64,000 nucleotides of DNA from Marsupella aquatica (lineage: Eukaryota > Plantae > Marchantiophyta), in assembly GCA_973895155.1 (NCBI GenBank), contig OZ316892.1, forward strand, positions 14,314,861-14,378,860, read 5' to 3'. Position 1 is the first letter of the stretch. Each line of letters opens with the position of its first letter. Shown one piece after another: positions 52,431 through 63,300 of the stretch. The position numbers and the translations under genes are program-made. The notes below the pieces were generated by a model. It saw only the letters and a list, made by a program, of their open reading frames with translations, searched no databases and was not told the origin of the DNA.

Positions 52431-54305
52431 TCAGCCCCCATGAAGTGTGGAAATGAAGACCACTGTGTCCTTCTCTTCCAATTCAGCTTCCACAGTTCCA
52501 CAGAGCTCCCAGTCACAGTCATTAATAAGAACGAGCACACCTGGCCTCCTGCACAAATGATCACAAGCGTTAAACCGTTAAATTATCATTCACTTATTTC
52601 GATTAGGGTATGGGTGATCAGATTAGTCTGCGATGCATTAGAGCTCTAGCAGCGGAAACAATGACAACGGTGATCCCTGACAGATAAAGACAACAATCCC
52701 GAGTAATACTTGTGGTGATTGTCCGAAGCCACAAAGGTTCGGTTGGACTCGGTGTAAAAGGTTTAGCACTGCCAGACGGTATGGCGAGATTCACCGAGAT
52801 GATAAAAGCAAATTTTAATATTAAATTGAAGAGAACAATACGTCCACACATCTCCACATGGGGCAAGAGTTTAAATGCATATCATTAAAACAAGTACGAG
52901 GAACATAACATAAAAGCTCTCCAGGTGACAAAATCTAGTATCTATGTCCCAGCTCACGCTCTTGAGGAATCATTCTATTTGCCAACGCAAGATTTGGCAA
53001 TCAAAGACGACGAATTACTGCAAAAACATGAGTGGAAGTATTTTAAAACAGACCGGTGGTTCCAGATAACAACGCAGCCAATATGAGAAGCTCAAACCAG
53101 ACAGAGAAGGCATTTGGCAGAGATAGCATGTGCCTAGGAAGCCTACAAATACATACATAAGACAGATGGGTCTGTGACTTACACTGATTTTTCTTTCAAA
53201 AACATCTCCGGCCTTTCTTTAAGGAGGTTATCACGAATCCATAGAAGGAGAGCTTGCACCGTTATCTGAAATAGGTCACAAAATTGTCATTTGAAACTAA
53301 ATAAAAGTAACACTTTGTTACTAACGACGTTCCTGCCTGACAACACGGAGACACAAGTCAACTAAATTGAGCGATTGACACGGTCAATACCTTCAAAGTT
53401 TTCTGACAGGACCAAGAACGCTACACATTCATAGGCAGCGCACGGACGAGCTAAAATACTCATTTCCCCAAGTATTCATCGGAGAGGGTTTCTTCGTGGA
53501 GACACCTTGGTCTGTTCCTCCTAACTGACTTCCAACGGTTCACTTTATACTTCACCCATGTGTCACAAATGGGAGAGAGGAGTACCAACCTTGGTCTGGC
53601 CCTTCGTTGGGATTATATTGACCTCGTGAACCTTGACAGATCCGAAGAGTAGCTCCAAGCCACCACTGCACAGGTATGTAACTCATGACAAATGTGAGTA
53701 CTTGAGAATAGGAGCATAGAGTCTCGCCCTAATCTTCAATATGGCATATTAAGTCCACCGTACCAACTTGCCATAAGAAAAGCGAAATGAACGAAACACG
53801 TTCACAAACTCGATTAATACCGACCATACACTGGCGAGTGACAGAAATCAACGTCATTCACAAGAATCACGACCTCCAGCCTTACAATATACTAGCCAAT
53901 TTGGCAGAGCCGTGAGATAGGTGAAGCTAAGATTGATATGTTGGCTCAGAAAAAGTTGGAAAGATGTTGTTAATTGAGTATTCATACAAAAGGAATATGT
54001 AAAACAGGTTCTTCAACATACTGTTCCTCATACTGAAAGAGTTCCCGGATGTGTGGATATTCTATTCCCATTGGGATGTGATGGGCAATAATTGCTGCTC
54101 GAATGACAACTATTCAGAGGGATTGCGGTGCAGGGAGTACAAAGTGACAAGACTTCAAACGGAAGAGAAGTATGTAAGAGTAAAATTACAAGCAACAAGC
54201 CAAAAGTCCACCAATCCACGGAAAACAAACAAGTAGATTCTCCTAGCTTGGAGAGGGATAATGTGTTATGCTGATAACTAACCCGAACTCAAGAGTGAGG
54301 TGCAT
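52431..54305 (-). CDS. URM1: ubiquitin-related modifier 1, 99 aa; exons 54305-54283, 53665-53590, 53265-53183, 52548-52431 (absent from the ORF track)
   Basis: Spliced translation [99 protein letters not shown]. Three GT-AG introns, 300 nt in total, ending in the diagnostic FISTLHGG. Confidence 0.96.
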
Positions 54306-57300
54306 CAGGCCCGCTTTGAAGCGTCTTCCCCTGCTACCGAAAGGTCCCCACCTTTCCTTCTCTCCTCTGAGAGCCGAAACTCCCTACCTTCCGTACTTGC
54401 AGCTCGCACTTCTTTCGACCCACAGTAATCTGTCGTTGAAACAAGTAGACGAGAATCCGGTCACTCGTAATCACAACCCTAACTCGGTAATTCGAGTCGA
54501 CGACAAAAGGTTTTTCCTAGACGCAACCCGCACCGCAACGCTAGAACGAAACGTAGTCCGATACCGCTCTAGCAAACAGCAGTGTGTGCCTCCACAAGAG
54601 GCAGCGGCAGAGGCAGAGGCAGAGGTCGATAATCTTCTCAGGATACGTAACCGAATTCGCTTCGAAGTGGCAGATAAAGCTCAAGACGTCAGGACTCGTT
54701 CCAGAATGCACTGAGCACTACTCTTTCCACCCTCTCTACCGTGCGTCCTGAGTTTCGCTGCCTCTCCGTTCATGGCCACCCTCGCTACTGGAAGATTCGC
54801 GTCGATCACAGACTGATCGTCTTCAATTAATTAGATTTGTGTCACTTGCTCGACAGAACGCACAAGTAAGTAGTGTAGTCCTTCAAGGTTCTGTCCCTTT
54901 ATGGATCCTCAGCACTATTTCACTATTTGTCCAAGGATCTGTTCGATTGTAGCTTCTCACCACTAATTGGCTGACCTTTGGTTCACCACTAATCGGCTGA
55001 CCTTCGGTTCGATATTATGGGTGTCGATGCAAGGGTGCACTGTAGTGAATTATGGCCAAAGACATAAAACGTTTTTTATGCCCTGATAGAAAACCTTACG
55101 CAACCTAAAAAGGTGCCTCTAAGGGCTAGGTTCCATGGGCCAGGGGCAGGGAGTACTATCACTCCCTCTGAAACCCCCTGCCCCCCCCCCCAATACACCC
55201 TATGCCAATGTGTACATAGTATTTTAAATGTGTGAGTTTTTGACTTTAGAGCCAATAAAAATGCACCTTATTGTCACTATACATGGGCATGGGGTGCCCC
55301 TAGAGTTTAACAGGGAGTGTGAGGGAGAAAATCATACTCCGTACTACCCTACTTGTACATTCCTCATTCCCTGGAAAAGCTGTGATCTTATTGGCTCAAA
55401 CATAATGACATGGAACCTTGCCCGTCTCTCACATACCATACATACCCCTTTTGTAGGGGGGGGGGGGGCGTAGATTTTGGAATGCAGATTAGGAGGTGAT
55501 TGGAATCACCTACCTGCAATTGTAATTGACTCTGGTATAGACAAGCAGTTAGGATGTAGGAACAGGTAGGAGTAAAGTCAGGTAAAGGGAGCATGTCAGG
55601 TCTTTTCTCATGATCAAAGTTGGTGACTACATGGAAACGAGAAGGCAGAATGAGGAAAAGCAGAGATGAACCACTTTGCTGAATGCCCCCACTCCCCACC
55701 TGAATACCATTCGGCAGAAGTGATTGTTCTATCCTTAAAATCTTCTGGTTCGACACTTCCTCTCTTGCTACCCTTTCCTAACCTTATCCAGCCCAATTCT
55801 TCTCCCAAGGAAGCTCCTTCACTTTTTGAGCCAACTATGTCATTTGGCATTTGGCTCCCATGCTGTATAACCTTGCATCGACCACAACTATTGAAGCTTG
55901 GGAAGACTAGCAAGGCCCTTATGCAAGGAGAGGATACACAATTAAGAAACGGTTCAATGATGAAGCTTGGGCCTTAATTAACTCCCAAATTTGAGTGTTC
56001 AAAATAAATAAATGATTGAATTTTATTAAATTAAAAAATAATAGTTATATGTCCAACCTGCTCAACATCCACCTTCATGTTTTCATTAAAAATTCTCCCA
56101 TCAGCGACCGCATATCCTCCATTCTTTTCACTTACATTTTTCCAAGCAAATTCTTGGCAAAATTGATTGGGCCTGCAAGTGCATGATGGCCAGGGCATTC
56201 TTTCACCACTTGGCGCATTCACCTCCGACTTCCAGCAAGAATTTTAACTTAAGCCTTCTAAGTTCACGGGGATACATCTTGCGATTCACTGTACACCTGC
56301 TCTGAAGGACGAAGAAGGCGGCACTTCCAAACGGCTTGAGGAAATTGAATGGACCACACTAAAAATGAAAAAACCACCACTTTCTCACTCCATCATCACG
56401 TTCTTCCCTCGGTTCTTCCCTAATTACGACTGGAAAACATCACCCGCATCTGACCCTTGACCCATCCTTTTTCCGAAAGGCGATACACAAATCTTGAGTA
56501 GGCCCATGCCAACTTGTCGAAACCTTTTTTGGCCAAACTGTCATGTAAGTAAATTCATCGTGCAGGAAAGGTGCACGATAGAAATGGAATGACAAGTTGC
56601 TGAATTTGAAGATCATATGGAAGTACAATGTTTGAAGTCCACCACTACAGTACCAGATTGAGCCTAGCCGAAACGGTAAGCAGAAACAGGGAGCTGGAAA
56701 CGGTCCGCCAAAAGATTACTTGATCACAAAACTATCAGTACTTAACCGGATGCGATCTACAACTATCCAACTTCTGGACTCTAGTGCCATGAAGATCGAA
56801 ATTGAAAAATCCAGTAACATCCCAGTCAATTTGATGCCTCAGCCACCCATCTGCAAAGGACCCCGTAACGGCTACTCCCCCTCCTTAAACCAACCAAATC
56901 CGACCTGTCTTAAGGATTTTTTTCAACCAGAGGACGGTCTCCAGATGCCTTGAAAAGCAGTATCCAAAAATATGGCCATCGGCCTACTGTTCGTTTGTTC
57001 CTCGCCCCCTGATTTAGCCAGAATATGGTTTCCGTGTGCACCTCTCTGTGAGTGCTGGATGAGTGTCACCAAAGGTGTCTAGTCCTGGCCTCTCAAGTGC
57101 TCCCTGTTTATAGACAAATAATATGCTAAGCACAAACCTTCTTCAAAGTTTCCTGCACATCCATCTTATTGCTTCAATATCGAGCCTAAAGCAAAGAACC
57201 GATTGACCCTGCTGGCAACATGCAAATGCCTTACATGGTGAAGAATCTCAACAAAGCTGCTACCAATGTCAAGAGTAGTTACGGATTCAATAAACAAGCG

Positions 57301-58498
57301 TGGACCGTCGACTGGGACAAGCTGCCAAATTAAATTTCTTCTTACCCTATCATCAAATCCAGACAATGCTACTGTCTTGGTTTCTTCGAGTACTCTTCCA
57401 ACCAGGTGGAACGCCTGCTTAAGTGATGAGTTAAGCAAAAATATCCCTAGCATTGATCATCCGTGTAATTTGTATGGGCGTGCCTCTCACTTTGTGTAGC
57501 AGTGACTTGAACTGAGTTGCAGCAAGTATCAAATTCACGCGGCAAGTGTAGCAAAGCAAAAATGTTCCAGTGAGAGGGTATCAAAAAGGGTGCTTATTGA
57601 TGAGGTTCCTAAGTAAAAATATCTCCTTGGTATTGCAAGGAATTAGATGTAAGAGGTGAGTCGGTGAGTCGAGCACAAATCCATCCCCTCTTCTCAGGTT
57701 ACCATTATCTTTTGATGCGCAAAAGATTTCCAGTCCCCAGATGGTGTAACTCTAGTAGGAGCATGTCACCCCGCATTGTCATCAGGTGCCTGGTAAGATA
57801 TCACCAGCATAAGTGAGCCAGAGTGAGAACGGTCAGACGTAGAATTCAGTATGGGCAATGCACAACAGCAGTGCGGACGGGTGTCAGCTCAAACACGATA
57901 ACTTGCTTGCCGGGTTGCTCCTTCAAAGATAAATCTACAGACACACTGGTGTCATCCTTTGTTTAAAGAAATGCAACACACAGAATATTTACAAAGGAGC
58001 GGGAAAACACCCATATCCTACCTTACCTGTACAAATGGCACGCATTCTCATTATGAACATGCTCAGATGCATGATCTCAAAACGCTAGCTCATCTGCCCG
58101 AAGACGCCGTCCACCTTTCACTTGTCACTCCCACAGGACCTTTCTATCCAAGACGTCTTCCAGCAGAATTTGAGACAAAGTGTAGTTTGAAATTGAAGCC
58201 GAAGCTGGAAAGGGACAGCAGGTGATCCTGACACAAGGACCCAACTAGCCTTTCGGTGGGCTTCGCGTATCATCACAGCAACATCGTAAGCTCAGCTAAG
58301 ATCATACCTAACAGAGCAACCCAGTTGGCCACACCAATTCAGCTGCGCTGCATATTTCACAGCAAGGAGTTGAAAAGGTTGACCTTTACTTCCCCCAGGT
58401 GGTAATCCCTTGACGGAACATTTGAGGCGTGTGAGTGGCCTTGTAGCATGAATAGGTGCCGAGACGAGTAAGGAGGAATGGAAAAAGAATACACCTAA

Positions 58499-59845
58499 TT
58501 ACGACAAATGAAACAATGGTGAATGAATGTCAGGGAGGGGGCAAGGACAGATAGGGTGTACAAGAGCAAGAAAGTCATCGTCATCCAAGGGCACAGGGCT
58601 GTTATCCTCGAGGTAGTCCGGGAAGGGTGCCTCAGGGTCGAGCGTGCTTCTCTTTGCGAAGTGGAAGTGTGAAAATTCCAAACCTACTTTGAATGTCGAG
58701 ATCCGTTCTTTGAGTTGCCACAACAGAAATCTATCGTTTGGCACACGCATGGTGAAAGGCTCACCGAAATAGGATAGAAACTTTCCTGTTCGGTCGGGTA
58801 ACATGTGCGAAAGACGCAAAGTGCGGACTGTGCTCCTAACCTTCTGTGCAGGGATCTCTTCAGCTTTCAGATCTTCCAGCAAATCTCTAACTTTATCCTT
58901 GGCGCTGTAGATTCTGACGATTCTATGATCCGCGACACCCGTAATTTGGAGCCACCGAGTAGATGGAAGCCTGAGGCGCACCTTTAATTCTGCAATTACG
59001 TCCCCAACGGTGCCCTCAGTTGACATCCGCAAACTGCAGTTCCTAATCCTTGCAGTACTAAAGCCGCGGAATGAAATCCTCAACTCCTTCATTCTCCCAT
59101 CCAAGTTGATGCTTCTCACAAGATCTACAAGAAGCAGAGGCTTCCTCACTGCTAAGTCCTCGAACCCTGGTCCGCTCACCATTTGCTTCATATTGCAGCC
59201 AATGAACTCCTTGGACTTCTCGAACAGAGACTCATCATAGAGCACGGCATGCTCCAGGATGTTCAACGCATTCTCAACCGTCAGCATGTCCCCCAACACT
59301 GGACTGCAAATCTTCGCCAATTGTGGTACCTCATACTTGTGACAAGCCGCTAGCACCTCCAGCCCAAACGTCTGTATGTCTTCTCGGCTCAAGGTCCCGG
59401 TGTAGAGCAGACGCAAGAACGCTCTGAAAGCTCCGGTGCTCATGTCCTCCACCTTCACCACCGAAGTCGTCTGCTCCAACATTTTATTTTGAAACATGGC
59501 TCTAAAAACTGGCGAGACGCTGGCTAGCATACACCGGTGCGCAGGAGTCCTGTCGTCATTCTCCGACTCGAATGTCACATCGGAGTGAAGGCCATCTTCC
59601 AGCATTTGCTCCACCGTCGACCGAAAATGGCCGGCGTCCAGTTGCTCCACAGTCAGATCTGCCTGCTTCCTCTTCTGGGTCACAGCTGAACAGACAGACG
59701 ATGGTCCAGCGACCTGCCTCTCCATGTTGCTCCCAGCTTGTTGCCAAGCGCCGCGCAATCGTAGTGGCTTGCCAGGACCTCCCTGTCCTACTCTCCACGC
59801 CCCTCGGCTCGGCTCGGCCAACTTGATGTCCCACGAATAACTCAT
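58499..59845 (-). CDS. BTB/POZ (+BACK-like) protein with a C-terminal region resembling UBP12/13 (USP7) Ubl domains, intronless
   Basis: BTB motifs HSDVTF..AHRCMLASVSPVFRAMF, FLRLLYTG, AACHKYEV..L..IC. C-terminal TVGDVIAELK, H.I..IY, LKAEEIP, FGEPF, DYLED, FLALVH. Confidence 0.85.
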   Translation of the reverse strand: MSYSWDIKLAEPSRGAWRVGQGGPGKPLRLRGAWQQAGSNMERQVAGPSSVCSAVTQKRKQADLTVEQLDAGHFRSTVEQMLEDGLHSDVTFESENDDRTPAHRCMLASVSPVFRAMFQNKMLEQTTSVVKVEDMSTGAFRAFLRLLYTGTLSREDIQTFGLEVLAACHKYEVPQLAKICSPVLGDMLTVENALNILEHAVLYDESLFEKSKEFIGCNMKQMVSGPGFEDLAVRKPLLLVDLVRSINLDGRMKELRISFRGFSTARIRNCSLRMSTEGTVGDVIAELKVRLRLPSTRWLQITGVADHRIVRIYSAKDKVRDLLEDLKAEEIPAQKVRSTVRTLRLSHMLPDRTGKFLSYFGEPFTMRVPNDRFLLWQLKERISTFKVGLEFSHFHFAKRSTLDPEAPFPDYLEDNSPVPLDDDDFLALVHPICPCPLPDIHSPLFHLS

Positions 59846-60785
59846 ATATCATTCACTCCTTGCCCGATCCCACACCAAAGATCTGTATCGTTGCCGAAAA
59901 CTGAGGATTAATGAGATTCACTTCAGTGACGACCGCTCAAAGATTGGAGTCACAAGCTCGTGTTTTCCGCCTCTCATCGGTGTCAACTCTTCCTTTCCAC
60001 CAAAACTTCTCCCTTCGTCTCCCTTCCGCTCTCTACCCTGTATCCACAGGACGAGAACAAAATTGAGCGAGCCGATGAACGAATCAAACGAAAGCCGCAG
60101 AAAGTAAGTTCTACGATTCCGTCTTCTGTTCCACGCTTCTCTTATTCATGCCAATTCCTGTTCGCTGTCAGCAAGGCTTTACCGATTGCTTCAACATCCG
60201 TCTGCACAATCTGCTCAACCGGCAGCAAGAGTGTCCCCTAATCAATTATTGTACGCGTTGCTGCTTGAGAGATGATGAATAATAACTCTCTCCGCTCTCT
60301 AGAGCAGTATAGGTACTACTAGTGTGCGTCACCTCGAAAGAAGCCGTGATTTCGACGTCCTCCATCCCCGTCTCCGTTTCTTTACCCCGCGGAGTCTTCT
60401 ACACCGCACTTCCACTGTAGAGCACCGGACAGCCATATCTCCGTTACTCAGAGCGGAATAGGGTGCATTAAAGGAGCGTATTGTAAGTTGCGAACTTTAG
60501 CCAAATTCCACCTGCCCAAAAAGCGTCTTTTGGTTAACATTCCCTACATTTTTTGTATGCCATTCGTCACTTTCCCATCTAGTCATGGACCCCATTCACC
60601 AGAATCTAACGGTCATCTATAAATCTGATGGTCAAGATGTAATCGAGGAAAACACTGACAAAGAATTTTCCTAGCATCTCCCCCGTTAGAGCTGCCGACA
60701 TTTGCCACACTGGCTAAAAATAAAAAACCTTAAAAAATACGCTGGCCAGAACCCAGATTCGACCAAGGACAAAAACATTACTATA

Positions 60786-61081
60786 GTATGGCGTCTCAAA
60801 TATGGTGAATTTTCAAACGTGACCATGCCTGGGAGTGTTGTGGGTTGCAGCAGCAGGAAGGACTGGTAGGGCAACGAATGTGAGACCCAACCAGTCAGGC
60901 TTGAGAATAGTAAGAGGTCCCAATGTTCACAGGAAACGCAATCTCCAAAAGTGTCACGATGCCACTCATATTTGACTACCCCAGTAGATGATGGCCTAGT
61001 TATGAACCATTGCGGTGTGCCCAAGTGCATCGTGGGCCATCTGGAAGGTTCAACTTTTTCCGTATAGTTGAGACGCCATAG
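60786..61081. mobile_element. MITE-like element with TA flanks
   Basis: Terminal inverted repeat TATGGCGTCTCAA (60787-60799) / TTGAGACGCCATA (61068-61080); TA at 60784-60785 and 61082-61083. Confidence 0.6.
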
Positions 61082-61535
61082 TATTACCTAAATAAGTGCC
61101 CCATAAAGATGATAAGTCCAAAGAGTTCCACTCATAAAACCTTGCTTATGGTAGTGTTGTGACACGCCCTAATAGGGCATGTCAAAGCAAGGCCATAACT
61201 CAATTATAATCAAGGGCATAAAGTGTATTTATGGCCAGGACCAAAAAACAACAGGCCACCCAAATACATGCCCCATAAGAATGGTACTTTCAAAAAGTCA
61301 CAGCTGTAAAACCTTGCTTATGGTGGTATTGTGACATGCCCTATTGTTCTTCTGTTTTTCCATCATATGGGTTCTCCATTCCTAGACAAGGCTACTTTTA
61401 GTGATTCACAAACAAAGGCTATCATAGACATTTACTTGATGGCCCCAAATGAAAAGTATTACTTGATGGACCCCATGAGTGATCTAGACCATGTATCACC
61501 TCCTTTAAGGGAAAACTAACGCTTATTGGGCTTTT

Positions 61536-61900
61536 AAGTGTGCAGAAGCCCAGAAGGTTACATCAGACCCTTCTTGAACTCACTGAATTGACTGCTAGGG
61601 CTGCTATTGGCACTCATCCCACATAGCTTAGGTCCTTGCTGTTGGAGCCCTGTTCATCCAGTGTTGGGGCCCCCTTTGCCTGCGGGCAGTGCATTGTTCT
61701 CCTGTTGTGTTGCTTAGTTTTTATACTTTCTCCCCCCTTGGCCCTTCTTTAGGAGGTGACCTTGTGAACTGTTGGGGTGGTTTTTGGCGTGTTGTAGCTG
61801 TTTGAGGTGTGTGTGGCCCTCGGTGTGGTTGTTTTTTGCCTTGCTGGTCTTCGCTGCAGTGGCTTCTCTAATAAACATGTATATCACCCAACAAAAAAAA
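61536..61900 (+). mobile_element. retroposed insert (LINE 3' end or SINE-like) with A-tail and 26-bp TSD
   Basis: Flanked by GGAAAACTA(AC/TT)GCTTATTGGGCTTTT at 61510-61535 and 61901-61926; AATAAA at 61870 and A8 tail. Confidence 0.85.
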
Positions 61901-62229
61901 GGAAAACTATTGCTTATTGGGCTTTTGATACTTTTCCAATGTTATCAAAGGATACATGTTTCAACCCTTATGTCTCTTGACAGTAAAATGAAACTAAGTT
62001 CAAAAGCTTACTATCTTAGGCTTGAACAAGTTTAGAGAAGTCTATTGACTTAAAGTCTATTCAAATAAATAGACCTTAAATCAACTTACCCAAAACCTCA
62101 TGAGGTTGGTTGGGAGAAGCTTTGGTTTGGGGGTCCATCAAGTGAAGGTCCCAAGGTTTTGCATCTCATAAAAAAAGTGATTGTTGATAAAGTAAGTGGG
62201 AGGTTAAAGAAAAAGTACAGTATGTTAGG

Positions 62230-63300
62230 TATTTACTCAAGGTCTAGGGTTACGGCATGTAACCATAGTTAGGCTAACCGTAATCGGAGACGTGATTAGG
62301 TTAACTAGGATGCACACTATATGCCAAACAATGTTTGCTTGGATAAGGGGAACTGAGACACATTGTTACGGAGTCACTTGAGAGATGAGGAGAGCTTACA
62401 TTGTGGAAACTTGGTATGGCCGATGGGCTTAGAGTTCAGTAAAGTTCTCAATGGCAAATGAAGAAACTCACTTGCCTTTTACAATAGCTCCCTCACGATT
62501 GCTGCTCGAACACACCAACTCACTTCAAGACGTAGAAGCTCACTGCCACAAGCTCATTGCCATAGCTCTTGGTCAATGGTGCGCAACATCTCCAGCTCCC
62601 TCACGACTGCCACAGGTTGATGGTCGATGGTGCGCAACAACTCCTCTCTATTACCTGTTTCACAATGGAAGGAACTTGCTTGTGTAAGTGAGTGTGGGTG
62701 GGGGCCCCAAGGGACAATGGTTGGAGGGAAACGGCATGGGGCTAGTCAGACTCACAATGGGCAATGGAGGGAAATGGCACACATGAAACGGGCAAGGGAA
62801 CGGACGGGATAATTTCAAACTTGTGAACCCAAGTCCAACCCTAAATAGTGAGTCCCCACTTATACCATTAAAAATTCTTGCCATGTCTCTAATGTATACA
62901 TGGCTTGACAAAATATGTTGAGAATTTGTAAGGGTGCCACGTGTACCAATCATATAGTGACACGTGTTCTTTGCATAATCTGACACAAGGATGCCCTAAC
63001 TTCTTTGTATGCCTTCCGTTTACAAATTAATCAAAAATACTAATATCCCTATTGTTCTTAAAAGCCATCAAACATATAAAGTTGACCCTATTGTTCTTAC
63101 ACAAATCTTCTTAAGTCTTTCTTAAAACCTAATTAACGGACCCTATACTTCGTCGCACGTGATATGTGATTTTCGCGAGTGAGACCCCCGAATAAAGTTG
63201 AACTCTTGTGTATTCCCCTGGACATAGCCTCGAGGAGGCGAACCACGTATCTTTTGTGTCGACTACTTGCGCGTTGGATGTGTCATGTGCTTACCGTTGC
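62230..63300 (+). mobile_element. Copia-like LTR relic (copy 4) split by a ~750-bp insertion
   Basis: 62230-62449 and ~63200-63300 match consecutive parts of the reverse complement of 37000-37290. Confidence 0.55.

Noticed and set aside
54268-54714. 148-aa plus-strand ORF
   Set aside because: Antisense to URM1 exon 1 and its 5' leader; no recognisable motif.
55614-55913. CGRCKVIQH as a gag/ORF1 zinc knuckle
   Set aside because: The last Cys is missing and no adjoining retroelement domain was recognised; too weak to call.
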